From assembly GCA_903823025.1 (NCBI GenBank), contig CAIJRK010000062.1:1710-65709 (forward strand): 64,000 nt of DNA. The letters run 5' to 3'. The position numbers and the translations under genes were made by a program. The notes under the pieces are model-generated. The model was not told the DNA's origin. It saw only the letters and a list, made by a program, of their open reading frames with translations, and did no database searches. This DNA is from an uncultured beta proteobacterium (GTDB taxonomy: Bacteria; Pseudomonadota; Gammaproteobacteria; Burkholderiales; Burkholderiaceae_C). Below are positions 17,857 to 27,951 of this stretch, piece by piece. How positions within the stretch are numbered: the first letter of the stretch is position 1; each line of letters starts with the position of its first letter.

Positions 17857-18507
17857 ATGAAAACAAACATCGCGATAGAGCCTAAACATAACTATCTCAC
17901 TGATTGCCCTGTGAGCGTTCGTCAGCGCGTCTTTATTCCTATCAAAAATGTTCAGAAAAAAGTTGAATTTGTCAGCTTTCATGGACTGCGGCAAGACAAT
18001 CAACCTATCGCCCTCATTTTTGGACCAATCAGTCAGAAGGCACCAATCCCTGTTCGTGTGCATTCTGAATGTCTGACCGGCGATGTATTTGGTTCATTGC
18101 GTTGTGACTGTGGAGCGCAATTGCAAGAAGTGATTGAAGAGATGAATGTCATGGGCGGCATTCTTCTCTACCTGCGCCAGGAAGGTCGTGGCATTGGCCT
18201 GTATGCCAAGCTCGATGCCTACCACCTTCAGGACGGCGGCCTTGATACGTTTCAGGCTAACCGGGCGCTAGGATTCTCGGACGACCTGCGCACCTATGAC
18301 GATGCCGCCCACATGCTGCGCGCTTTGGATATTACAAAAATTATCCTGATTTCCAACAACCCGGATAAAGCCGTTGGCCTGCAACAACTCGGCATTCAGG
18401 TGGTGTCTGTCAAAAACACAGGCGTTCATGTGAATGCCCATAACTACGACTATCTGGCTGCCAAAAAAGATCAGCATCACCACGCGCTCCAACTGGCGCG
18501 TGCCTAA
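17857..18507 (+). CDS. ribA: GTP cyclohydrolase II
   Basis: VRVHSECLTGDVFGSLRCDCG (three Zn-binding Cys), LYLRQEGRGIGL, ISNNPDK. Confidence 0.92.
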   Translation: MKTNIAIEPKHNYLTDCPVSVRQRVFIPIKNVQKKVEFVSFHGLRQDNQPIALIFGPISQKAPIPVRVHSECLTGDVFGSLRCDCGAQLQEVIEEMNVMGGILLYLRQEGRGIGLYAKLDAYHLQDGGLDTFQANRALGFSDDLRTYDDAAHMLRALDITKIILISNNPDKAVGLQQLGIQVVSVKNTGVHVNAHNYDYLAAKKDQHHHALQLARA

Positions 18508-18537
18508 ATTATCACGATAAATTTTATTTAAACCATC

Positions 18538-19056
18538 ATGTCAACATCACGTATTAATTTCTCTAACGGCACAAACCGCATCGCTTTTATCCAAGCCTCA
18601 TGGCATAAAAATATCGTTGATCAAGCCCAAAAAGGGTTTCGTGAACAGATTCAGAAACTGGGTTATTCACTGGCGGATGTTGATTTTTTTGAAGTACCAG
18701 GTGCTTTTGAAATCCCGCTTCATGCCAAGCTTCTTGCTCAGAGCGGGCAATACAAAGCGATTGTTGCGGCGGGCCTGGTGGTCGATGGTGGCATTTACCG
18801 GCACGACTTTGTCGCCCAAAGCGTGCTGACTGGCTTGATGCAAGTTCAGCTTGAGACTGCAGTTCCCGTTTTTTCTGTGGTGCTCACGCCACATCATTTC
18901 CACGCCAGTGAGGAGCACACACAATTTTTCCTCAACCACTTCGTCTTGAAAGGGCAGGAAGCGGCTGACGCTGTGGCGCAAACGCTCACCAGTTTAAAAA
19001 ATAGTGTGGGTGGGCGCGTGCAGGAGCCCAAAGGAAAGCTCTACGCCGCGCTTTGA
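18538..19056 (+). CDS. ribH: 6,7-dimethyl-8-ribityllumazine synthase, type II (RibH2)
   Basis: IQASWH, VPGAFEIP, VDGGIYRHDFVA, VPVFSVVLTPHHFH...FFLNHFVLKGQEAA matches the Brucella-type RibH2 subfamily pattern. Confidence 0.9.
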   Translation: MSTSRINFSNGTNRIAFIQASWHKNIVDQAQKGFREQIQKLGYSLADVDFFEVPGAFEIPLHAKLLAQSGQYKAIVAAGLVVDGGIYRHDFVAQSVLTGLMQVQLETAVPVFSVVLTPHHFHASEEHTQFFLNHFVLKGQEAADAVAQTLTSLKNSVGGRVQEPKGKLYAAL

Positions 19057-19156
19057 AGTTTAAATTTGGTTTGCAACTATACAAACTCGGAATTCTTCGT
19101 TTTCAAGCGGTTTGGGTCTCTATAAGCTGGCTCACTTATAACGAAGTGAGCTTGCC

Positions 19157-20290
19157 ATGAACAAACTTTTGACACTGCCCGAGGAACAGAGGTTTGCGCT
19201 CACCATACGCGCCAAGGCGCTGCTCTTTCATGACCCGCGATCTGTGGCGCTACTGGCGCAGGTAGAGCGCATTGCGCGCAGTGAGGCCACCGCCCTGATC
19301 ATTGGCGAGACGGGGACGGGCAAAGAAATCATCGCGCGCCACCTTCATGCCGAGAGCCAACGCAGTGGCCCGTTCATCGCGGTCAACTGCGGCGCTTTTA
19401 GCGAGTCCTTGATTGATGCCGAATTGTTTGGCCATGAGGCGGGGGCCTTTACCGGAGCCAAACAGGCGCGCGCCGGTTGGTTTGAAGCGGCCAACGGCGG
19501 CACACTTTTCCTTGATGAAATTGGCGACTTGTCGCTCGGACTGCAGGTTAAATTGCTGCGTGTGCTGCAAGAGCGTCAGGTGGTGCGGTTGGGGTCAAGA
19601 AAACCAGTAGCCCTCGATGTTCGGCTGGTGGCGGCAACCAACGTGCAGCTCGATCAGGCTGTCAATGCGAAACGCTTTCGCGCCGATCTCTACTACCGCT
19701 TGAGCGTGGCCACCATTCACTTGCCGCCGCTGTACCAAAGACCCGGCGACATTCTTCCCTTGGCGCATCATTTCGTCGGCATCTACCGCGAAAAACTCAA
19801 GCTTGGGCCAGTGCAACTCACCTCGGAGGCCGCGCAAGGATTGCTGGGCTATGACTGGCCCGGCAATATTCGTGAGCTTGAAAATGTCATTCACTACGCC
19901 TTGATTATTTCGCAGAACAACTGCATCAATCTGGATGATCTGCGTCTGGTGGGTGCCTTGCATCGGAAAAATAATGAGGCAGAACGGGTGGCGTCACCCG
20001 CTGTTCCATTCAATTTGGCTTCCCTGGCAAAGGAGGCTGACAGGACACTGGGTAATGACTTTCAGACCAATCTGGAAGACCTATTTTTAAAATTTCTGCA
20101 TACCTCGGAAGTCAATTTATTTGAGCAAGTCGAAGCGGTCCTTATCAAAACAGCATTTGATTTTTGCGGTGGAAACCAGGTGCAAGCCGCCAAAGCGCTG
20201 GGCATCACGCGCAACATGCTGCGTACCCAACTCAAGAACCACGGCCTGCTCGGGGTTGTGCTTGATGACGTCCCCGAGCTGGTGAGTTGA
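19157..20290 (+). CDS. sfnR: sigma54-dependent activator lacking an N-terminal sensory domain (SfnR-like)
   Basis: GETGTGKE, GAFTGA, TLFLDEIGD, WPGNIRELEN, C-terminal Fis-type HTH (NQVQAAKALGITRNMLR). Confidence 0.85.
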   Translation: MNKLLTLPEEQRFALTIRAKALLFHDPRSVALLAQVERIARSEATALIIGETGTGKEIIARHLHAESQRSGPFIAVNCGAFSESLIDAELFGHEAGAFTGAKQARAGWFEAANGGTLFLDEIGDLSLGLQVKLLRVLQERQVVRLGSRKPVALDVRLVAATNVQLDQAVNAKRFRADLYYRLSVATIHLPPLYQRPGDILPLAHHFVGIYREKLKLGPVQLTSEAAQGLLGYDWPGNIRELENVIHYALIISQNNCINLDDLRLVGALHRKNNEAERVASPAVPFNLASLAKEADRTLGNDFQTNLEDLFLKFLHTSEVNLFEQVEAVLIKTAFDFCGGNQVQAAKALGITRNMLRTQLKNHGLLGVVLDDVPELVS

Positions 20291-20310
20291 CAACATTGAC
20301 TTGACAACGT

Positions 20311-20964
20311 TCAACGGCTGCGCAAGGTGCGCACCCAGCGGTCACCGGCGAACTGCACCAGGCTCACCAAAGCAATCAGAATGACGATGACGACCAGCAT
20401 CACATCGGTGTCAAAGCGCTGGTAACCGTAGCGAATCGCAATGTCACCCAGTCCACCGGCCCCGACTGCACCGGCCATGGCAGAGGCGCCAATCATGGAG
20501 ACCAGGGTGATCGTAAAACCGCCAATGATGCCGGGCAGCGCCTCTGGCAGCAGCACATGCCACACGATGTGCCAGCGTCGGCAACCCATGGCCTGCGCGG
20601 CTTCAATCAGACCGGCATCGACCTCGCGCAAACTGACCTCGGCGATACGGGCAAAAAACGGCGTGGCACTGATGGCCAGCGGCACAATCGCCGCCCAAAC
20701 GCCAATCGTGGTGCCTGTGACCAGCCGTGTAAAGGGAATCAGGGCGACCATCAAAATAATGAACGGCGTGGCCCGAAAACCGTTGGTCACGCTGCCCAGC
20801 ACCCGATGCAGACGGGGCGAGGCGAGAATCCCGCCGGGGGCCGATAGCACCAGAAACACCGCCAGTGGAATACCGGCGAGCAAGGCAATCAGGCCCGAGA
20901 TACTGACCATGGTCAGGGTGTCCAGCAGGCCTTGCCAGATGCGTTCAATGAGGATGGGGGACAT
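20311..20964 (-). CDS. metI: Methionine-type ABC permease
   Basis: [44 protein letters not shown]. Start set to ATG 20964. Confidence 0.88.
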   Translation of the reverse strand: MSPILIERIWQGLLDTLTMVSISGLIALLAGIPLAVFLVLSAPGGILASPRLHRVLGSVTNGFRATPFIILMVALIPFTRLVTGTTIGVWAAIVPLAISATPFFARIAEVSLREVDAGLIEAAQAMGCRRWHIVWHVLLPEALPGIIGGFTITLVSMIGASAMAGAVGAGGLGDIAIRYGYQRFDTDVMLVVIVILIALVSLVQFAGDRWVRTLRSR

Positions 20965-22123
20965 AGCCGAGTACCTTCGCCTGATGGCATAGATGTTGGG
21001 AAATAAGCGCGTCCGCCGAAGGGCCAACGCCCCCGGTGACGAGCAGCAAACGGCCATGGGCATGGCCTTGAATACGATCCACGCCGCCGTGCAGCAACCG
21101 GGTTGAGGCACCTAACGCCGCGCTGAGGTGGGCCAGATTGGGTTCGATATCGGCGTGCCCGGTAAAGCGGATTTCAATCACCCGCTCAAAGCGGCCATAG
21201 GCGGGCGGCTCGGGCAGCAGTTGTTGCGTCAGTTCTTCTGGCAGGTCATGCTCCAGCGTACGCAACAGGGCGCGGGTTGCCGCGTGCTGCGGGTTACCAA
21301 ACACCTGCCAGACCGCGCCACTTTCAGCAATGCGGCCTTTTTCCAGCACCAGCACCTGATCGCATATTTCACGAATGACGCCCATCTCGTGCGTGATGAG
21401 CACCACGGTTAACCCCAGTCGCCGGTTGATGTCGCGCAACAGTTGCAGGATGGCTTGTGTCGTTTCGGGGTCAAGCGCCGAGGTGGCCTCGTCACACAAC
21501 AGTATTTCCGGGTGATGCACCAAGGCGCGGGCAATGCCGATGCGTTGCTTCTGTCCGCCCGACAAACGACCGGGATAGGTGTCATGCTTGGTTTGCAGGC
21601 CGACCAGTTCCAGCAGTTCACCCACCCGCCGGCGAATCTCGTTTTTCTCGACACCGGCCACCTTGAGCGGCAAGGCCACGTTCTCCCAAACGGTCTTGGC
21701 CGAGAGCAGGTTGAAATGCTGAAAGATCATGCCGATGCGCCGTCGTAAGGTCACCAAGGCGTTTTCATCCAGTGTGCTGATGTCAATCTCATCGACCAGC
21801 ACGCGCCCGCTGGTCGGCTGCTCCAGCCGGTTAATCGTGCGCAACAGACTTGATTTGCCCGCCCCACTGCGCCCGATGATGCCGTAGATACTGCCCGCCG
21901 GAATGGCCAGGCTGATGTCTTGCAAGGCATGAACCGGACCGGCCGATGAATGGTAAGTTTTCCCCAGGTTATCGAACGTCACCGTGCCCGCTGGTTTGGC
22001 AGAAGTTGTGGCCTGCACGGACTGCGTGGTCGGTGTGACGGGCTGGTCTGTCGGGCGGACATTGGCTTCTTGTTGGGAAACGAAGGCGAGCGACTGCGGT
22101 AGAAAGCTTTTAAATGAGCGCAT
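20945..22123 (-). CDS. metN: Methionine-type ABC ATPase with C-terminal NIL-like domain
   Basis: [49 protein letters not shown]. Start set to ATG 22123. Confidence 0.88.
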   Translation of the reverse strand: MRSFKSFLPQSLAFVSQQEANVRPTDQPVTPTTQSVQATTSAKPAGTVTFDNLGKTYHSSAGPVHALQDISLAIPAGSIYGIIGRSGAGKSSLLRTINRLEQPTSGRVLVDEIDISTLDENALVTLRRRIGMIFQHFNLLSAKTVWENVALPLKVAGVEKNEIRRRVGELLELVGLQTKHDTYPGRLSGGQKQRIGIARALVHHPEILLCDEATSALDPETTQAILQLLRDINRRLGLTVVLITHEMGVIREICDQVLVLEKGRIAESGAVWQVFGNPQHAATRALLRTLEHDLPEELTQQLLPEPPAYGRFERVIEIRFTGHADIEPNLAHLSAALGASTRLLHGGVDRIQGHAHGRLLLVTGGVGPSADALISQHLCHQAKVLGYVPHPH

Positions 22124-22134
22124 AGGAGCTGTCC

Positions 22135-22953
22135 TTATTTGGCTGGCAGCTTGATCCACGCTAGTGAATAAAGCTGGGTATCGCTGGCATTTGATTTGTG
22201 CAGTTGTTCACGCACAGCGGGAAACTCCTGGTAAATCTTGATGAATTGCTTCAACCGTGGATCGTTGGCATTGTCTTGACGCGAGACAAACTGAATCGCG
22301 AAGTACACGTCATCAACCCCTGAGTAGAGGAGCGCCTTGCTGGCGAGCTGGATTTTTCCCGCGTTCACAAAATGGCCCGGGTAGCCTTGGGCCAAATCCA
22401 GATCGTCGATGGCCCGCACCAACTGCGGTCCCGGCACCTCAACAAACTTGAGTTTTTTCGGGTTGGCCACAATATCGTTTACCGTGCCACGCCAGCCGGT
22501 GCCCTCACGCAACTTGATCAGCCCGGATTTCTCCAGTAGCAGCAAGCCGCGTCCTTGATTGACCGGATCATTGGCGATGCCAACATTGGCCCCTTCCTTG
22601 AGTTCATTAAAGTGTTTGATCTTGGTTGAATAAAGACCGATATTGCCCAGAACGCCAACGGCGACGCTGCTGAACTTGTAGCCGCGTTCTTTGACCGCGT
22701 TATCAAGAAAAGCTTGATGTTGAAAGTAGTTGACATCAATATCGCCCGCCGCCAGCGCAGTATTGGGCGTGGTCCAGTCCGTGAACTCAATGACCTTGAC
22801 ATCAAGACCTTGTTTGCGCGCCTGGGCGGCGGCGACTTCAATCGAATCAGCCAGTGCGCCCGGCGTTACACCGACGATGAAAGGGGCCGCTTGGGCGGTT
22901 GCACCCAGCAGGAAAGAAGTTAAAACAGAGAGAAGCAGGCGAGAGATTTTCAT
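22135..22953 (-). CDS. metQ: MetQ/NlpA-family substrate-binding protein
   Basis: [46 protein letters not shown]. Confidence 0.88.
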   Translation of the reverse strand: MKISRLLLSVLTSFLLGATAQAAPFIVGVTPGALADSIEVAAAQARKQGLDVKVIEFTDWTTPNTALAAGDIDVNYFQHQAFLDNAVKERGYKFSSVAVGVLGNIGLYSTKIKHFNELKEGANVGIANDPVNQGRGLLLLEKSGLIKLREGTGWRGTVNDIVANPKKLKFVEVPGPQLVRAIDDLDLAQGYPGHFVNAGKIQLASKALLYSGVDDVYFAIQFVSRQDNANDPRLKQFIKIYQEFPAVREQLHKSNASDTQLYSLAWIKLPAK

Positions 22954-22994
22954 AAGAGTTTTTGGAAGAAGTTAAATAAAAAGTGATGATTTTT

Positions 22995-24362
22995 TTAGAT
23001 CTTTTCAGCGTGTCTGAACTGGGCTGCGGTATGGCGGGCGGGCAGTTGGTCACCTTCGGCAAACAACTTGTGGCGCAGGCTACCCTCGGCATAGGCGGTC
23101 TTGTAAAGACCCCGGTTTTGCAGTTCGGGGACGACCAGATCCACAAAATCTTCATAACTTTCAGGCACCACGGTGCGGCTCAGATTAAAGCCATCAATGC
23201 CGGTCTCGCTGACCCAGGACGCCAGTTCATCGGCGACTTGTTGTGCATCTCCCACGATGGCCGGGTAGCGTCCCCCCAACTCAAACAGCTCAAGCAGCTT
23301 GCGCCGTGTCCAGCCCTGCTCTTTGGCCGTTTTCGAGGCGGATTCAATGGCGTTGTTGCTGCCGTAGTCAACCGGGGCATCCAGGTCGTAGCGGGCATAG
23401 TCAACGCCGGTGCTGGCCGAGAAGTGGGCCAGCCCGGCGTCGCGGCTGGCGTATTGGCGGTAGTCGGCATACTTTTCCTGCGCTTGGGCAGTGGTCTTGC
23501 CGGGCACCACGGAGACGCCCATGAAGATTTTGATGTCATCCGGTTGTCGGCCCGCTTGCACCAACTGTTCGCGCAAGGCCTGAACAGTCTGGCGAGCCGC
23601 TTCTTTGTTGGGCGGCGAGATGAAGACACATTCGGCGTGGCGCGCCGCAAAGCGTTGCCCTCGCCCTGAGCTTCCCGCCTGAAACAAAACCGGCGTGCGT
23701 TGCGGCGAGGGTTCAGACAAGTGATAGCCATCCACCTGGTAATAAGGGCCGCTATGACTTACCTTGTGAACTTTGGCCGGGTCGGTGAACACGCGGGCCG
23801 CCTTGTCGCGGCGAACGGCACCGTCTTCCCAGCTACCTTCCCACAGTTTGTAAAGGACTTCAAGAAAATCGTCGGCGCGCTCGTAACGCTCGTCATGGGC
23901 GATTTGCCCTGACAGACCCATGGCCTTTGCCGCGCTATCGAGATAGCCGGTGACGATGTTCCAGCCAATGCGGCCCTGGGTCAGATGGTCCAGCGTCGAA
24001 AAGCGCCGGGCCATCAAGTAGGGCGACTCATACGTGAGGTTGACGGTGACCCCGAACCCCAGGTGTTGCGTGGCCGTTGCCATGGCAGACACCAGCAGCA
24101 GTGGGTCATTGACGGGCAACTGAATGGCTTCGCGCAGCGTCACATCCACGTTGTTTTGATAGATGTCGTAAACACCCACAATGTCGGCAATAAACAGCCC
24201 GTCGAACAGGCCTCGTTCCAGCGTTTTGGCTTGATTAGTCCAGTACGCCAGCGTGTTGTAGTGTTGTGACTGATCGCGGGGATGCGTCCACAGGCCGTGG
24301 TTGATGTGGCCGACGCAGTTCATGTTGAAGCCGTTGAGAAGGATGTGTTTCTGGTGGTTCAT
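22995..24362 (-). CDS. LLM-class monooxygenase, NtaA/SnaA/DszA family (paralog of 4378-5763)
   Basis: LLNGFNMNCVGHINHGLWTHPRD, QLPVNDP, IGWNIVTGYL, LSEPSPQRTPVLFQAGSS. Start set to ATG 24362. Confidence 0.9.
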   Translation of the reverse strand: MNHQKHILLNGFNMNCVGHINHGLWTHPRDQSQHYNTLAYWTNQAKTLERGLFDGLFIADIVGVYDIYQNNVDVTLREAIQLPVNDPLLLVSAMATATQHLGFGVTVNLTYESPYLMARRFSTLDHLTQGRIGWNIVTGYLDSAAKAMGLSGQIAHDERYERADDFLEVLYKLWEGSWEDGAVRRDKAARVFTDPAKVHKVSHSGPYYQVDGYHLSEPSPQRTPVLFQAGSSGRGQRFAARHAECVFISPPNKEAARQTVQALREQLVQAGRQPDDIKIFMGVSVVPGKTTAQAQEKYADYRQYASRDAGLAHFSASTGVDYARYDLDAPVDYGSNNAIESASKTAKEQGWTRRKLLELFELGGRYPAIVGDAQQVADELASWVSETGIDGFNLSRTVVPESYEDFVDLVVPELQNRGLYKTAYAEGSLRHKLFAEGDQLPARHTAAQFRHAEKI

Positions 24363-24384
24363 AACGGTGTGGTTTCCGGAGTTT

Positions 24385-25635
24385 TTACAGCGCACCGTGG
24401 CGGGGTGGCAAGCGGTCATTGAGATAGAAGTTGCCGACGGCGTGGTATTTCCAACGCACCGGGTCGTGCAGCGTATGGGTGCGCGCGTTGCGCCAAAACC
24501 GGTCCAGACCCAAGCCATCAAGGGTGGCGGCACTACCGGCTAATTCAAACAGTTTGGTGCTGGCCGACAGCGAGGCGGTGGTGGTGAGCACGCGGGCTTC
24601 GGCTACCGCCAGAGAGGCTTGTGCCACGCTATCGGCATCCGGCGCTTGTTGTGCGGCATCAACCAGACGACCGGCGCGGCGCACCAGCGCTTGAGCAGCC
24701 TGCAGGCGCACCGCTATGTCGCCGATTTGATGGAGGGTCAGGGGGTCTTGACTGGCTTGCGCCACACCAGAATCAAGCCAGGGCCGCGCGTGTTCCCGTA
24801 CAAATTTCAGTGTCGCCTCGAAGGCACCCCGGCCAATGCCGAGGTCAATCGCGGCGTGCAGAATCTGCGCCAGCGGGCCAATGGGGGTGGGTTCCTCGAA
24901 CGAGGCGAGAAAGGGCACCACCCAGTCGGCCTGGACGGCCACGTTGTCAAAAGTCACTGAGCCACTGCCGGTGATGCGTTGGCCAAAACCGTCCCAGTCG
25001 TCGGTGATCGTGACGCCTTTGGCGTGGCGCGGCACAAAGGCCAGGTAGGTGATGTCGCGACTGCCGCCGTCTGTTACCACCAAGGTGGGAATCCAGTGGG
25101 CATAAAGTGCGCCCGTGCAATAAAACTTTTGACCGTTGATGCGAAAACCCTCTTTGTCGGGGGTGAGTCGGGTACGCCGTTTAAAGTCTTTATGGCCGAT
25201 TTCGGCCAAGGCGTTGCCAAAGCGTTCACCGGCCAGCGCACGGCTGTAGAAATAACTTTTTTGGGCATCAGTTCCGCCCACACGCAGAACTTCCAGCGCA
25301 TAAAAATGGTTTTGTGGGATTTGGGCCAATGAACTGTCGGCGGCTGAAATGAGGGCGACCACCTCCGCCAGCGTCACCGCCGAAACACTAGCACCGCCAT
25401 AGGCACGCGGCACGGTAATGCCCCACAGGCCGGTGGCACTGAAGGCGTCAAGTTCAGTCCAGGGCAGTCGTCGTTCGCGGTCGCGCAGGGCGGCCTCGGG
25501 GGCCAGCTCTGCGGCGAGGCGGCGGGCGACGATCAGGGCATGAGCATCGTCAAGAATCAGGGCTGGCGCGTGTTGTACCGGGGCGGCTGCTCTGGGTTGG
25601 GCGCTGGCAGGAAGAGGGGCAAGCAGAAGGGTCAT
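24385..25635 (-). CDS. sfnB: SfnB-family sulfur-acquisition oxidoreductase
   Basis: QIPQNHFYALE, DDWDGFGQRITGSG, ARPWLDSG, LDRFWRNARTHTLHDPVRWK. Start set to ATG 25635. Confidence 0.88.
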   Translation of the reverse strand: MTLLLAPLPASAQPRAAAPVQHAPALILDDAHALIVARRLAAELAPEAALRDRERRLPWTELDAFSATGLWGITVPRAYGGASVSAVTLAEVVALISAADSSLAQIPQNHFYALEVLRVGGTDAQKSYFYSRALAGERFGNALAEIGHKDFKRRTRLTPDKEGFRINGQKFYCTGALYAHWIPTLVVTDGGSRDITYLAFVPRHAKGVTITDDWDGFGQRITGSGSVTFDNVAVQADWVVPFLASFEEPTPIGPLAQILHAAIDLGIGRGAFEATLKFVREHARPWLDSGVAQASQDPLTLHQIGDIAVRLQAAQALVRRAGRLVDAAQQAPDADSVAQASLAVAEARVLTTTASLSASTKLFELAGSAATLDGLGLDRFWRNARTHTLHDPVRWKYHAVGNFYLNDRLPPRHGAL

Positions 25636-25639
25636 GGGT

Positions 25640-26869
25640 TTAGTTCCAGGAGTGCCGCGCGGGCAGGGTGTGGTTGAGGAGGTAGTTCCCAATCAGGTGC
25701 GTCTTCCAGCGCACGGGGTCGTGCAAGGTGTGGGTGCGCGCATTGCGCCAGTGCCGATCCAGGTTGTGTGCTGCCCGCACGGCAGCCGAACCGGCCAATT
25801 CAAAAAGTTTTTCGCTGGCTTCAAGTGCAATTTGTGTGGTGAGTACCTTGGCATACGCCACTGCCACGGAGGCCCGCGCACTGGATTCGGCGGTCACGGG
25901 AAGCGCGGCAATGGCATCAAAGGTGTAGCCGGTTTCGAGCAACACTTCGCGTGCCGCATGGAGATCAATCTGCAGGCGTCCGACATCGGCGATCAGGTAG
26001 GGGTCGTCGGTGGCGTGCGCCAGTCCTGAATCTATCCAGGGTCGGGTACGTTCGCGCACAAAGGCGATGGCATCGGCTACGGCGGCCTCGGCAATTCCTT
26101 GGTCAATAGCGGCCTGGAGGAGTTGCGAGTTGGGGCCAAACAAGCCCGGATGCGCTTCCAGTTGCCAAACGGGCAGAACATCGTCGGCATCCACCGGCAC
26201 TTGGTCAAAAACCACGGAACCGCTGGCCGTGGTGCGCTGCCCGAAAGAAGACCAGTCATCAATCACCGTCAGACCGGGGGCATCACGCGGCACCCAGACC
26301 TGAACTGCGCGACCCTGATCATCCAGCGCCCGCGTAGGAACACGGTGTGCAAACAGCGCCCCGGTTGAGTAGAAACGCTGACCACTCAAGCGCAGGCCAT
26401 CTGGGGTGTTGTGCAGACGTGTGGTGCCTTGCAGAACCGTTGGGCTGGTGGCAGAGCGGCGTTCAGGGCCCGCGTTGCCCAGACGCCTGCCAGCCAGCAC
26501 TTCGCCATAAAAACGGCGTTTTTGTTCTTCGCTGCCAATCTCCCGCAACAGGCCGAGCACGCCAAAGTGGTTTTGCGGAATCTGGCCTAGCGCCGGGTCG
26601 GCCTGGCAGAGAATCACAAAGACTTCGGCCAGCGTGGCATAGGAGACATCGGCCCCGCCGTAGTCACGTTCAATGGTGATGCCGCCCAGTCCGCTTTCAG
26701 ACCAGCGCTGAAGTTCATCCCAGGGCAGGCGTCGCTGGCGATCACGCTGCGAGGCACCGGGTGCAAATTCGGCCGCCAGTTGGTGGGCGACCGCAATGGC
26801 TTCGGCATCCGTGGCGATGCGATGCACCCGGGACGGATCAGGTAGAGGGGCGATAAGAGAGTAGGGCAT
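25640..26869 (-). CDS. sfnB: SfnB-family sulfur-acquisition oxidoreductase
   Basis: IATDAEAIAVA, DDWSSFGQRTTASG, RTRPWIDSG, LDRHWRNARTHTLHDPVRWK. Confidence 0.88.
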   Translation of the reverse strand: MPYSLIAPLPDPSRVHRIATDAEAIAVAHQLAAEFAPGASQRDRQRRLPWDELQRWSESGLGGITIERDYGGADVSYATLAEVFVILCQADPALGQIPQNHFGVLGLLREIGSEEQKRRFYGEVLAGRRLGNAGPERRSATSPTVLQGTTRLHNTPDGLRLSGQRFYSTGALFAHRVPTRALDDQGRAVQVWVPRDAPGLTVIDDWSSFGQRTTASGSVVFDQVPVDADDVLPVWQLEAHPGLFGPNSQLLQAAIDQGIAEAAVADAIAFVRERTRPWIDSGLAHATDDPYLIADVGRLQIDLHAAREVLLETGYTFDAIAALPVTAESSARASVAVAYAKVLTTQIALEASEKLFELAGSAAVRAAHNLDRHWRNARTHTLHDPVRWKTHLIGNYLLNHTLPARHSWN

Positions 26870-26944
26870 AGCTGAATTTCAGCGTACTCCTACATTTTTC
26901 ACAACGAATATTCCCGAGATTACTTATTTGTTTACTGACGCTGC

Positions 26945-26960
26945 AGGCATTTTTTCTGCA
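26945..26960 (+). promoter_or_regulatory. Possible sigma54 promoter of the tauD-ssuACB operon
   Basis: AGGCATTTTTTCTGCA has GG-N10-GC spacing, but no TGTTG-N6-CAACA site was found nearby. Confidence 0.35.
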
Positions 26961-27058
26961 TATTCATAGACGAATTTATTCGTTAGCCACAGCTTCTTGT
27001 CCGTCTATATTGGTGGTTCTAGTGCATCGCACTGCCCTTCACCTTATGGAGTTCCTAC

Positions 27059-27931
27059 ATGTCAAAAATAGAATCCCCCGTTCCAGGTTATCAGCAACTC
27101 ACGATAGAACCCTACACGCCGACGATTGGCGCGGTGGTGCATGATTTTGATTTATCCAATCTTCAGGATGAAAGTGCGCGTGCCGAACTGCGCAAGGCAT
27201 TGGCGCAATACCAAGTACTTTTCTTTCGCAATCAACAACTGAGTCCTGAAGCACAAATTGCAGTCGCCCGGGTTTTTGGCGACCCGGACAAGACCAAAGC
27301 TTTCTTTCCTCGCCATGAAACGCAAAACACCATTGAGGTGCTTGAAGTCAAACCCGGTGGTCACCGTTACGGCACTGACCAATGGCATACCGACATTACC
27401 TTTGATGCCAACCCACCCACCGGCACGGTGCTTTATTCCAAAATAATTCCTACGGTCGGCGGTGACACCGTTTGGGCCAGCGGCACCGCCGTTTATGACT
27501 CGCTGCCGCGTGCGTTGCAGCTTTATCTGCAAGAACTACAAGCCACCCACAGCTTTGAGCACAGTGGCTGGCCCGCTTATTTTGAAAGCCTGAAAGACGG
27601 TGACGCGTTGTACCGCCAGGCCCGCCATGATCATCGTCCGGTGGTACACCCTGTCATTCAAACGCACCCGGTGACGGGCAAAAAAATTGTTTATGTGAAC
27701 CCGAATTTCACCGACCGGATCAAGGGACTTTCTCGCCAGGAGAGTGATGCGCTACTGAGCTTGCTCTTTGCCCGTTTTCAGCGGCCAGAATTTCAGGCCC
27801 GACTGCGCTGGGAGAAAGATACGGTGGCCATTTGGGACAACCGCGCCACGGTTCACTACGCCGTGTCGGATTACGGCGATCAACACCGTCTTTTGCATCG
27901 GGTGACCTTCGGGGAAGACCAGGCGTTTTGA
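27059..27931 (+). CDS. TauD/AtsK-family alpha-ketoglutarate-dependent dioxygenase (sulfonate/sulfate ester)
   Basis: WHTDITF (HxD), GGDTVWAS, HPVIQTHPVTG, IWDNRATVHYA (distal His). Confidence 0.9.
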   Translation: MSKIESPVPGYQQLTIEPYTPTIGAVVHDFDLSNLQDESARAELRKALAQYQVLFFRNQQLSPEAQIAVARVFGDPDKTKAFFPRHETQNTIEVLEVKPGGHRYGTDQWHTDITFDANPPTGTVLYSKIIPTVGGDTVWASGTAVYDSLPRALQLYLQELQATHSFEHSGWPAYFESLKDGDALYRQARHDHRPVVHPVIQTHPVTGKKIVYVNPNFTDRIKGLSRQESDALLSLLFARFQRPEFQARLRWEKDTVAIWDNRATVHYAVSDYGDQHRLLHRVTFGEDQAF

Positions 27932-27951
27932 TACAACACACTGAATTCACC

